In this document: piece after piece, positions 28,816-38,406 of the stretch
Layout: each line of letters opens with the position of its first letter
Position numbering within the stretch: the first letter of the stretch is position 1
Assembly: GCA_037305845.1 (NCBI GenBank)
Contig: CP147778.1
Span: 192,001-256,000, forward strand
Length of the DNA: 64,000 nucleotides
Direction: 5' to 3'
Origin: Candidatus Freyarchaeum deiterrae
GTDB taxonomy: Archaea; Asgardarchaeota; Jordiarchaeia; Jordiarchaeales; Jordiarchaeaceae
The notes under the pieces: generated by a model
What the model saw: the letters and a program-made list of their open reading frames with translations, nothing else
Told to the model about the DNA's origin: nothing
Database searches by the model: none
Translations under genes and position numbers: made by a program

Positions 28816-30594
28816 ATGGTAAAATTGGTGGAGGAGATAGAAAATTCTGCCTTGCGAAAATCTGGAATTGAAGTTCTGGGCGACATCCCTTGGGGAACAC
28901 ACCTCTGTCAATTCTACGAAACTAAAGAAGATATGAAAGATATTCTGGTGCCCTACTTCGCTGAGGGCTTAAGAAACAATGAGATGTGTATGTGGGTGAC
29001 CTCAATACCTTTGGGAGTCGAAGAAGCAACAGCGGCGCTTCGGAAAGCGGTTCCTAACTTGGAATATTACGTGGAGAAGGGGCAGATTGAGATTCTTCCG
29101 TACACGGAATGGTACCTTCTCGGCGGAGAGTTTGATATGGACAGAGTTCTGAATGGATGGATTGAGAAGGAAAAAAGCGCTATTGAGCGCGGGTTTGATG
29201 GGTTGCGTCTTACTGGAAACACTTTCTGGCTTCAGCGGAGCCTCTGGCAAAGCTTCGTGGACTATGAAGCAAAAATAAACGAGGTGATCGGGGAGCACCG
29301 AATGGTCGCCATTTGTACTTACTCGCTTAAAAAATGCACCACCAGCGATGTTATCGACGTCATGAGAAACCATGAGAGCACATTGATTAGAAAGGGAAAA
29401 TCCTGGTTCCTAGCTGAAGATGTCACAAAGCGTAAAATGGCGGAGAATAGGGCTACAGAGAGCCGGACACAGTTGAAGAGAAGCGAAGAGAAATACCGCT
29501 TACTAATAGAAAATTTGAATGAAGGGGTTTGGGTTTACGATAATAAAATCTTGACCTCTTTTGTCAATGAGCGCATGGCTGAGATGTTGGGATACACCGT
29601 GGATGAAATGATTGGTAAACATATATTTTCATTCATGAATGAAAAGGGAGTGGAGATTGCCAAAAAAAAGTTAGAAAGCCGGAAACGGGGAATCGCCGAA
29701 GTTCATGAATTCGAATTTGTCCGAAAAAATGGGACTAGAATTTACACGCAAATAGGTGAATCGCCTATCATAGGCGAAGATGGAAATTTTGCTGGAGCAA
29801 TTGCTGCCGTCACAGATATCTCAGAACACAGGCGAATGGAGGACGAGCTTAGAAATTATTCCGAGCGCCTAGAGGAGTTGGTTGAAGAGAGGACAAGAAA
29901 GCTGAGAGAAGCCGAGCGGATGGCTACAGTAGGTGAGCTGGCTGCTACAGTGGGCCATGATCTCCGCAACCCGCTGCAGAGCATTTTCGGCTTACTTTAT
30001 TTAGCTAATAAAAATTTGAATCCTCAAGCCACTTCAAATGGGAAACAGAAAAATGACTTGGGCGAGTTGTTGCAAACAATAGAGGGACAGGTTGACTACA
30101 TGAGAAAAATTGTTTCTGACCTTGAGGATTACGCGAAGCCAGTGAAGCCTCAACTGGTTGAGACCAGCTTACACCAGCTAATCGATGAAACATTCTCAGC
30201 GATAACAATTCCAGAGAAGGTTCAGGTTTCTATCGGAATTCAAGAGGACTTTCCACAGCTGATGGTTGACCAAGCAATGATGCGACGTGTATTGGACAAC
30301 CTAGTTACAAACGCAGTTCAAGCCATGCCAAACGGAGGTCGACTGACGATAAAAGCATCCGAAACAGATGACAATGCGCTCATAATCGTAGAGGACACGG
30401 GTGTAGGCATACCTGAAGAGAATCTCCCAAAGATTTTCCAGCCACTGTTTACCACAAAGCCTAAAGGTCAAGGGTTCGGATTGCCGGCCTGCAAGAGGCT
30501 GGTGGAAGCCCACGGTGGCAGCATCACGGTGGAGAGTGAGGTGGGTAAAGGCTCAACCTTCACAGTCAAAATACCACTCAGAAATATGAAGTAG
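28816..30594 (+). CDS. MEDS-PAS histidine kinase (HK2)
   Basis: MEDS, one PAS/PAC, GHDLRNPL, HATPase_c boxes. Confidence 0.93.
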   Translation: MVKLVEEIENSALRKSGIEVLGDIPWGTHLCQFYETKEDMKDILVPYFAEGLRNNEMCMWVTSIPLGVEEATAALRKAVPNLEYYVEKGQIEILPYTEWYLLGGEFDMDRVLNGWIEKEKSAIERGFDGLRLTGNTFWLQRSLWQSFVDYEAKINEVIGEHRMVAICTYSLKKCTTSDVIDVMRNHESTLIRKGKSWFLAEDVTKRKMAENRATESRTQLKRSEEKYRLLIENLNEGVWVYDNKILTSFVNERMAEMLGYTVDEMIGKHIFSFMNEKGVEIAKKKLESRKRGIAEVHEFEFVRKNGTRIYTQIGESPIIGEDGNFAGAIAAVTDISEHRRMEDELRNYSERLEELVEERTRKLREAERMATVGELAATVGHDLRNPLQSIFGLLYLANKNLNPQATSNGKQKNDLGELLQTIEGQVDYMRKIVSDLEDYAKPVKPQLVETSLHQLIDETFSAITIPEKVQVSIGIQEDFPQLMVDQAMMRRVLDNLVTNAVQAMPNGGRLTIKASETDDNALIIVEDTGVGIPEENLPKIFQPLFTTKPKGQGFGLPACKRLVEAHGGSITVESEVGKGSTFTVKIPLRNMK

Positions 30595-30831
30595 AGTGAA
30601 CAAGGAAAGTATCCAGATTATGGATAATGAAATTCAAGTCTAAAAAGCACCAACAAATATTAAAAAATAAAAGTATTCAAACTGAGGATTTGATTTTTGG
30701 GTTCCGCGTTAATTAATAATATCAACTTTAAATTTTCAGCCAGTAAGGTCATAATCCTGCCCCTCTTGCCTAAGGAGAAGCTTGATCCTTTTTTTTTATT
30801 AGTTATGGGTTTCCTCTGAATTACAAAGAAT

Positions 30832-30914
30832 ATTGCGCAATTCTAGTTAAATCGAATAATTTATAGTGAAATTTATTACACAAATTATGAATTATAATAG
30901 GCAAATTTATTAAA
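30832..30914 (+). promoter_or_regulatory. Conserved promoter copy 3 (ATTGCGCAAT, TTATTAAA 75 nt downstream)
   Basis: Palindrome 30832-30841, TATA starts 30907. Confidence 0.75.
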
Positions 30915-30937
30915 TAGTTACTAGAGATATATACAAA

Positions 30938-31260
30938 GAAGAAAACACTTAGCCCAACTACAAATACAACAGAGTTACACTAATCCTGGCGGTATGGAAT
31001 GGCGGAGGAAATTACAGGGCTCCCAAAAGTGCTTCAACGGAGGATCCCTCAAATGCTGGGAGGAGGAGGGGTCCTCCCGGAAAGCACACGCTTCAACTGA
31101 AGACTGCACTGGAATTGGTAATTCGGAGTTTAACGGGTTGGTTTAACGCGTGAATGAAAGAGTTTCACAGACCCCAAATAAAATTATGATAATGATGACC
31201 ACCCACCCTCTCTCCCTCGCAGGTCTGTGGAGCTCCATTAAACACGCACCCAGAACAGAT
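30938..31260 (+). ncRNA. Candidate two-domain structured ncRNA, copy 3
   Basis: Hairpin 31029-31087 (GGAGGATCCCT/AGGGGTCCTCC) with loop containing TGCTGGGAGGAGG; stem 31148-31247 enclosing the invariant 26-mer at 31196-31221; ends approximate. Confidence 0.7.
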
Positions 31261-31295
31261 TTACTGAGAGAAACGCTAATACGGAGTGATGTAAA

Positions 31296-31529
31296 ATGGT
31301 TGAAGTTGTTAAGACATTTGGTGAGTTAAAATATCTGGCTGAGAATTGGATAAAGGTGTATGATTTAAAGTGTCCTGTGTGTGGCTCACCGGTCTTCGTT
31401 AGACCATTCAATGTGTTCTCGGTAGCGGCAGAGAGTGGTCTTATTGAGATTGAAATGGAGCAGATATGCCAGAATTCAGAATGTGGTTATAGTGCAATCA
31501 GATTTTATGATATTCAAATTCACGAATAA
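31296..31529 (+). CDS. Small zinc-finger protein
   Basis: CPVCG...CQNSECGY; GGAGTGA RBS. Confidence 0.75.
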   Translation: MVEVVKTFGELKYLAENWIKVYDLKCPVCGSPVFVRPFNVFSVAAESGLIEIEMEQICQNSECGYSAIRFYDIQIHE

Positions 31530-31688
31530 TTCTTGAATTCCTAAACCGATATTTATATTGAATGTGTTACCACAGCAGAAATGTTTTTTGATTGGTTTAG
31601 TGAATAAGCTTAATGTCTATATGTTTATGGTTTACTATTATTACTAGATGAGACTGAAAACGTTAGAATTTGAAAGGCTGGGATCGAA

Positions 31689-33419
31689 TTGTTAAAGGAT
31701 GTTTGTTTGGGGACGCACCTCTGTCAATTCTATGAAACTAAAGAAGATCTTATCGATATTTTAGTTCCCTATTTTGCTGATGGTTTAAGGAAGAATGAGT
31801 TTTGTATGTGGGTGACCTCGCCACCCTTGGTAGTTGAGGAAGCGTGGGCTGCACTTCGGAAAGCGGTCCCTGACTTGGAGAAGTACAGGGAGAAGGGACA
31901 GATTGAGATTCTTCCGTACACGGAATGGTACCTTCTCGGCAGGGAGTTTGATATGAATAGAGTTCTGAATGGATGGGTGGAGAAGGAAAAAAGCGCTATT
32001 GAGCGTGGTTTTGATGGGTTGCGTATTACTGGAAACACTTTCTGGCTTGAGAGGAGCCTCTGGCAAAACTTCGTTGACTATGAGGCTAAAATAAACGAGG
32101 TGATAGGGCAGCATCGAATGATTGCTGTCTGCACTTACTTTCTTGGAAAATGCACCGGCAGCGATGTTGCTGATGTTATAAGAAATCACCAAAGCACGCT
32201 GATTAGAAAGGGAAAATCTTGGTTTATGGTTGAAGATGTTTCAAGGCGTAGATTGGCTGAGAATAAGTTTACAGAGAGCCGGACGCAGTTGAAGAGAAGC
32301 GAAGAGAGATATAGTCTGCTAGTCGAACACTTGAATGAAGGCGTTTGGGCTGTAGATGATAAAGGTGTTACTACCTTTGTTAATGAGCGTTTAGCGGAGA
32401 TGTTGGGATACACCGTGGATGAGATGACTGGTAAGAATTCACATTTATTCCTAAATGAAGAGGGTGTGGAGATTGCTAAAAAAAATTTGGAACTCCGCAG
32501 GCAGGGAATTGAAGGACAGTTCGATTTCGAATTCGTTCGTAAAGACGGAACAAGGATGCTCGGTCGAGTAGGTGCAACACCACTCTTCGATGAAAATGGA
32601 AACTTTGCAGGATCGGTTAGTGTAATCATGGACATAACAGAACGCAAGCGATTAGAGGAGGGTCTTAGGCAGTATTCCGAACACCTTAAGGAGTTGGTGG
32701 AGGAAGGGACTAGAAAGCTGAGAGAAGCTGAGCGGATGGCTACTATAGGTGAGACTGCGGCTATGGTGGGCCACGACCTCCGCAACCCGTTACAAGCTAT
32801 AGTTGGCTCGATCTATTTGGCTAGTGCAAAGTTGAAGTCCATATCCAGACTTAGCCAAGTAAAACAAAAAAGTGACGTAGGGAATCTGTTGCAGACGATT
32901 GAGCAACAGGTGGACTACATGAACAAAATTGTTTCCGATCTTGAGGATTACGCTAGACCGTTAAAGCTTCAACTCGTCGAAACTAGCTTGCAACAGTTAA
33001 TTGATGATACATTATCAACATTGACTGTTCCTGAAAATGTTAAAGTATTCATTGGGATTGAAGAGAATCTTCCAAGTATGATGGTTGACCCCACAGCGAT
33101 TCGACGTGTACTCTCTAATTTAATTACAAATGCCTTTCAAGCCATGCCGGGCGGAGGGCAACTAACGATACGAGCGTCCAAGAGTGAGGACTCTGTTATT
33201 ATGAGTGTTGAGGACACGGGTGTAGGCATATCTGAAGAGAATCTCTCAAAGATTTTCCAGCCGCTGTTCACTACGAAGTCTAAGGGGCAGGGTTTTGGAC
33301 TATCCGTCTGCAGGAGATTGGTGGAAGCCCACGGTGGCAGCATCACGGTTGAGAGTGAGGTGGGTAAAGGCTCAACCTTCACGGTCAAAATTCCTCTCAG
33401 AAAAAAGATGAATAATTAA
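31689..33419 (+). CDS. MEDS-PAS histidine kinase (HK3), 5' end eroded
   Basis: MEDS, PAS, GHDLRNPL, HATPase_c; in-frame TGA at 31671 where HK1/HK2 have CGA. Confidence 0.85.
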   Translation: MLKDVCLGTHLCQFYETKEDLIDILVPYFADGLRKNEFCMWVTSPPLVVEEAWAALRKAVPDLEKYREKGQIEILPYTEWYLLGREFDMNRVLNGWVEKEKSAIERGFDGLRITGNTFWLERSLWQNFVDYEAKINEVIGQHRMIAVCTYFLGKCTGSDVADVIRNHQSTLIRKGKSWFMVEDVSRRRLAENKFTESRTQLKRSEERYSLLVEHLNEGVWAVDDKGVTTFVNERLAEMLGYTVDEMTGKNSHLFLNEEGVEIAKKNLELRRQGIEGQFDFEFVRKDGTRMLGRVGATPLFDENGNFAGSVSVIMDITERKRLEEGLRQYSEHLKELVEEGTRKLREAERMATIGETAAMVGHDLRNPLQAIVGSIYLASAKLKSISRLSQVKQKSDVGNLLQTIEQQVDYMNKIVSDLEDYARPLKLQLVETSLQQLIDDTLSTLTVPENVKVFIGIEENLPSMMVDPTAIRRVLSNLITNAFQAMPGGGQLTIRASKSEDSVIMSVEDTGVGISEENLSKIFQPLFTTKSKGQGFGLSVCRRLVEAHGGSITVESEVGKGSTFTVKIPLRKKMNN

Positions 33420-33757
33420 AAAAAGAGGATAAAAACATCCGGATCACTGAGGATTGAGAACCCTTTCCCAGAAGTATAAACACTATACTTATCGGATGAC
33501 AGAAGCAATCAATTAATTGAATGTCTTCTTCTATCGACTGTAAAAATTATTTTTATTTTAGGCAGCTTTTTCAATTTTGGGAAAGGGAAGGCAGGATCCA
33601 ATAATAAATGGATTGAAGATTCTGGTGGCTGCTCCGTCGTTTTAATTCTACGTTTTTTCCTTTTCCTTGCTTTTGTGGGAAAAATTTATATAAATCTACT
33701 CATTGTTTACTACTTGATGTTGTATAGCTCACCGAATTGCGAACTGGAGGAATGACA

Positions 33758-34273
33758 ATGAGCCGAATACGCGGTGAAAAAAAGTCAACTGAAATAGAAC
33801 CTAAGGAAACAAGACCTATAGTCTATCGTCCTTTCGATGAGCTCTTTGACGACTTTAGCAGAAGCTTTGATGAACTCATGAGACCTTGGTTTGACATAGT
33901 ACCCTCAAGACGAACGCTGGAGTTAGGAGCAGTGACTCGCTTCCCAAAGGTGGACTTGGCGGATAATGGTGACAGTTATACCGTCACTGCAGAGCTCCCT
34001 GGACTTTCCAAGGATCAGGTGAACCTTAACATTACTAAAAACAGTCTAGAAATCAGCGGAGAGGTGAAAGAGGAGATGGAGGAAAAAGAAAAAAATTACC
34101 TCCATAGAGAGAGATCCTACACCTCATTCAGAAGATACCTAGTCTTCCCGGATGAAGTTCTCCCGGAGAAGGCTGAAGCAGATATTAAAAAGGGAATCCT
34201 CACTTTGAAGGTTCCAAAAAAGGAGCCAACTCCAGTAGAGGAACCTGTTAAAGTCGAAATAAAGGAGGAGTAA
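33758..34273 (+). CDS. Small heat-shock protein Hsp20
   Basis: PKVDLAD..AELPGL..ERSY..FRR..GILTLKVPK alpha-crystallin domain; GGAGG RBS. Confidence 0.93.
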   Translation: MSRIRGEKKSTEIEPKETRPIVYRPFDELFDDFSRSFDELMRPWFDIVPSRRTLELGAVTRFPKVDLADNGDSYTVTAELPGLSKDQVNLNITKNSLEISGEVKEEMEEKEKNYLHRERSYTSFRRYLVFPDEVLPEKAEADIKKGILTLKVPKKEPTPVEEPVKVEIKEE

Positions 34274-34284
34274 GGGGATTAGGT

Positions 34285-34312
34285 GGGCGAATTCTCTTTT
34301 CGCCCTTTTTTT
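34285..34312 (+). terminator. Hairpin plus U-tract after hsp20
   Basis: GGGCGAA/TTCGCCC stem followed by T7. Confidence 0.6.
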
Positions 34313-35366
34313 ATTTATCATTAAAGAGTTTTGCCGATTACTGTGAAGCAATGTGTAAAAATTATGTGCCCTCGACTCCCAGCTTCGGAAACCCTTTAAG
34401 GATTGAAGTAGGGCGAGATTGGCACCAAACGAATGATGCCTCTGGCGTTAAGGGCCAGTTGAGTAAAAGGGTTGAAATAAGGGAGGAGATTCCGCTTCCT
34501 TGTTTAGCGGGTTCTCAGAGACCCTTTGAAGAGCTGTTTGTCGCTCAATAACCTCACGATTAATTTCGAGCAAGCAGGTCCCAAAAACTTGCTTTCATAT
34601 CCTTGGGCTATCAATCGTGGAGTAATTGAACGTAAACCGTATTCCTCCCCCAGCTCTTTGGGGTATACTGAGAGTTCAAAGACCATGTTGATCCTTGAAC
34701 TTAAACCCGTTATATAAGCGGAACTCCATCAGGATTCAGAAGCTCTCAATAGTTCAGAGTATGACACAGTGTAACGCATTGAAGATTCACACGAGAAAGA
34801 GGATCGGGTAATTGTACGGTCATTCACAATTTACAGCATTCAAACATTCTCTAGAGTTTTCTCTCCAAAATTCGCTGAAGTCAGTATTTCAGAGTATTAA
34901 ACATTTTTTAGTACGACGTTGCGTAAGATTCAATGAACGGATCGGCGAATGCTTAAAATTTCCTTTCATAGTAACTATTGAATAATAGTGTAGTTGAGGC
35001 ACCTCTTGGAGATTTATTATTATCCCGATCCTCCTTGATATGGGTTAAGGTATTTGCCTCTTGAACTTGATTATATAGGGGCTGATATCAGCTTGATTTT
35101 GTATTACATAAATAGAAGTTTAGCTTAAAATTTAAGCGGGCTCTTTTTTTGAGTTTTTAAAATGGTGTGGGAGAATTTAGATTAATTCTCTTTGCTCTTG
35201 TGAGCATAAGTGATAGTATAACATTTTTATAACGCATCCCTTAATATGAGTATCCAAATTTTGTAAACGCTTCAATGATAAACTAAGTTTTGCTTCACTC
35301 TGCTTTCAAGGATAGAAGCATTTTTAAGGCAAATTCGTAATATTTTTTGAATAGTGTTTTGAATTT

Positions 35367-37100
35367 TTGGAGGTTAAGAGCTTGAGTGGAGATGGTAAAG
35401 AGGATTCTTTATTTGAGGTTGAATTAGATTTTGAGAATCCGAGTCCTTGGGTGCGTCCGAATCGACCTTGGGAGAAGATGTATCAAAATGTGGTCTATGA
35501 AGGGAAGAAAGTAAATCTTCCAAAGACCATTAAATATCCCGAGATACCCATTCACTATATCGGGCGGCAGGCGGCGCTGGATTATCCGAACAATGTGGCG
35601 GTGTATTATCATCCAGAGGAGAAGAAGTACACTTATCGGGAGCTTATGTATTTCAGTGATAAACTGTCAGCGGCGTTAGCGGACCTTGGGATAGGGAAAG
35701 ATGACGCCGTGGGTATATATATGACTAATACGCCTGAATTCGTCTTTTCCATCTACGGTATAAGTCAAACTGGAGCGGCGGTTACTCCCATAAACCCCTT
35801 GCTGAAAGCTCCGGACATTGTTCATATGGTGAGGGATAGTGGCATTATAAAGTCTCTGATCTGTACCTCCAATCTTTATCCTTCGGTGCAGCAGGCATCG
35901 GAGGAGGTAGAATTGGAAAACGTGATAGTGGTGGGTCAGAAAATACCGGGAACCATGGATTTCTGGGAAGTGACGGAGAAGTATCCGCCGAAACCACCCG
36001 AGGTTACCATAAACCCCAGGGAGGATGTGTGTGCGCTGATGTATAGCGGAGGAACTACTGGGCTGCCCAAAGGCGTGATGCTAACCCACTACAATATAGT
36101 TGCGGATGTCTTAGCGAGCGGTTATTCTCAGATTGGAGAAGATAGGTCTGTATATGGAAAGGATACCATTCTCGCCACCCTGCCGATATGCCACGTATTC
36201 GGTTTTACAATGGTACAAACGTATTTTTATGGAAAGAGCATGATAATAATGTACGCTGGGTTTGACGCGGATTTGGTAATGAGAGATATTGAAAAGTATA
36301 AGAGCCGTGCGTTCGTAGGAATTCCGCTCATGTACTTTGTGATGGTTAACCATCCCAACTTCAGAAAGTATGACCTCTCGTCTTTGAAATTGGCGGCTTC
36401 TGGAGCAGACACACTGCAAGGCACGGTTTCTGAGGAGTGGAAAAAAGTCACAAAACTCGACGTGGGTCAGGGTTACGGTCTATCGGAGGCAGGTCCCGTA
36501 ACGCACAGTCAACCCGTATGGTTGCCTAAAATTGCAAACAGTATAGAAATACCATTAATAGATACGGATGCAAAAATCGTGGACTTGGATACCGGAACCC
36601 AGGAACTACCCCCAGGAGAAATTGGTGAACTCATGGTCCGGGGACCGCAGATAATGAAGGGCTACTGGAAACAACCCGAAAAAACGAAAGAAGCCATAAC
36701 CGAGGATGGCTGGCTGCACACGGGAGACCTAGCGCAAATGGATGAAAACGGTTACTTCTACGTAGAAGGGCGATTCAAAGAGATAATCAAGTATAAGGGT
36801 TACAAGGTGTTACCCGACGAGGTTGAAGATAAACTGTACCAGCACTCCGCGGTTTTCGAGTGCGCCGTGGTCGGGGTACCGGAACCAAAGGTAGGGGAAA
36901 CTATCAAAGCATTTGTGGTAGTAAAGGAAGAGTATAAGAATAAAATCACGGAGCAGGAAATAAGGGATTGGGCTAAGAACGAGATGGCGGGATACAAGTG
37001 GCCCCGAATAGTGCAGTTCATTGATAAGCTTCCGAGAACTCCAGTTGGAAAAGTTTTCAGAAGAAAACTAAGAGAAATGGACCAAAGCAAAGAAGCCTAA
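35367..37100 (+). CDS. Long-chain fatty acid-CoA ligase (ANL family)
   Basis: YSGGTTGLPKG, QGYGLSE, GWLHTGD, LPRTPVGK. Confidence 0.92.
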   Translation: MEVKSLSGDGKEDSLFEVELDFENPSPWVRPNRPWEKMYQNVVYEGKKVNLPKTIKYPEIPIHYIGRQAALDYPNNVAVYYHPEEKKYTYRELMYFSDKLSAALADLGIGKDDAVGIYMTNTPEFVFSIYGISQTGAAVTPINPLLKAPDIVHMVRDSGIIKSLICTSNLYPSVQQASEEVELENVIVVGQKIPGTMDFWEVTEKYPPKPPEVTINPREDVCALMYSGGTTGLPKGVMLTHYNIVADVLASGYSQIGEDRSVYGKDTILATLPICHVFGFTMVQTYFYGKSMIIMYAGFDADLVMRDIEKYKSRAFVGIPLMYFVMVNHPNFRKYDLSSLKLAASGADTLQGTVSEEWKKVTKLDVGQGYGLSEAGPVTHSQPVWLPKIANSIEIPLIDTDAKIVDLDTGTQELPPGEIGELMVRGPQIMKGYWKQPEKTKEAITEDGWLHTGDLAQMDENGYFYVEGRFKEIIKYKGYKVLPDEVEDKLYQHSAVFECAVVGVPEPKVGETIKAFVVVKEEYKNKITEQEIRDWAKNEMAGYKWPRIVQFIDKLPRTPVGKVFRRKLREMDQSKEA

Positions 37101-37398
37101 GCAAACCCCAAAGAGGGAGAGAAATTACAAGACTGGCTAATTCTCTTTTTTTTTTTAAATAATTTATATTCTTGGTCTATTTTTCAGGGATCAGACATTT
37201 TTGGTAACAAAAGTTAAAAACGGGTTAGAGCATATGCCTTCCAATTTTTTTTGAAACTAGTTGGTGAGTAGAACTAAATAATTCTTTTATGAAACTGGCA
37301 AACATGCGCTAAATGACTTGAAAAAATAAAATAGAGCCAGATTTCCTTTTCTTTCCTCCCAAAAAACCGCTGCTCAAGATTCCGCGACGTTATTTAAT

Positions 37399-37947
37399 TT
37401 ATATTTCTTCGTCTAGTTCTTTTTGTTTTTTGGATGCGGAGCCGGTGCGTACCCAGTCCCAGACCCAGGCCAGCATCTCGAAGAATTCCATGACCTTTTT
37501 CTGGGCGTCGGGGTTGTCTCCCGCTATGGCTTTGGCTAGTCTCTCCTTTTCCAGGTTTAGGAGGTCTCGGAAGTAGTCGAAGTGGCTTCCGGCGTAGGCT
37601 ACGATTTCCTTAAGGAGGGTCACGGAGTCTCTCTCGTAGTAGTCTCTCAGGAATTCGATTAGGGCTGTGCGGAATTCGTCCCTCAGATTCGTGAATAATT
37701 CAGATTTTTGGAACTCGGTGAAGAATTTGTTGGTCCACACCACCTCGCGGTCACCGAACTCGGAGTCGCCGATGCCGAACGCTAACAGTCTGTCGGCGGA
37801 CTCGTTGAAGGAATACCCGTAGCGATGCGCGTACTTCCAGATCTTCTCGTACATGTCCCTGGGAACCCGCAGAGTAACCTTAACCAGTTCCTCAGGCTCA
37901 AACCTTCTAGGCTTACCAGGCATAAAAAACACTCCAAATAAGCTCAA
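37399..37947 (-). CDS. Putative DNA-binding protein with N-terminal Arc/RHH-like domain
   Basis: VKVTLRVPRDMYEKIWKYAHRYGYSFNE; start probably ATG 37923. Confidence 0.65.
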   Translation of the reverse strand: MSLFGVFFMPGKPRRFEPEELVKVTLRVPRDMYEKIWKYAHRYGYSFNESADRLLAFGIGDSEFGDREVVWTNKFFTEFQKSELFTNLRDEFRTALIEFLRDYYERDSVTLLKEIVAYAGSHFDYFRDLLNLEKERLAKAIAGDNPDAQKKVMEFFEMLAWVWDWVRTGSASKKQKELDEEI

Positions 37948-38131
37948 TACAATTATTCTACATTAACATTAAGACTCCGATATAAATATTATTGGAAAAC
38001 CAATAGCGCAATTCTCACCTTTTCATTATTATTATTATTTATAATGTAAATAATAAATTACTAAATTACAAGTTTTTATAATAAAAAAAGGGATAGGGAA
38101 TTTGAGCTAACAGACCTGTTAGCAGTCTTTT

Positions 38132-38392
38132 CTAGGTGCTTTGTCTGCTGAGCCGAATCCTTATGCGACCGTACGCGAAGATGGCGAATCCTCCGACCCA
38201 AACCACAGCCAATCCTATGAGCGACGTGAAGAGTACGGGCAGTGTGGATACCCCGTTAAGCCCGGTTCCAATCACCATCGAGAGACCCAGACCAACCACG
38301 AAAGCGATGACAGTTACTACCATTAGAATCCAGCCCCAAAGGCTGAACCGTTCAAACAACGCGACATTAGCCATATCCCTCAAGACCTCCAA
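38132..38392 (-). CDS. Small two-TM membrane protein
   Basis: Two hydrophobic helices; directly downstream of the large surface protein gene. Confidence 0.7.
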   Translation of the reverse strand: MEVLRDMANVALFERFSLWGWILMVVTVIAFVVGLGLSMVIGTGLNGVSTLPVLFTSLIGLAVVWVGGFAIFAYGRIRIRLSRQST

Positions 38393-38406
38393 ACTTCATT
38401 TCTCAC

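Noticed and set aside
21685-31260. The repeated elements as a CRISPR array or MITEs
   Set aside because: Copies are kilobases apart with no repeat-spacer periodicity, no terminal inverted repeats or target-site duplications, and no cas or transposase genes.
34504-34779. Minus-strand ORF with an in-frame TGA (possible selenoprotein or pseudogene)
   Set aside because: No recognisable domain or redox motif around the TGA, no RBS and no SECIS seen.
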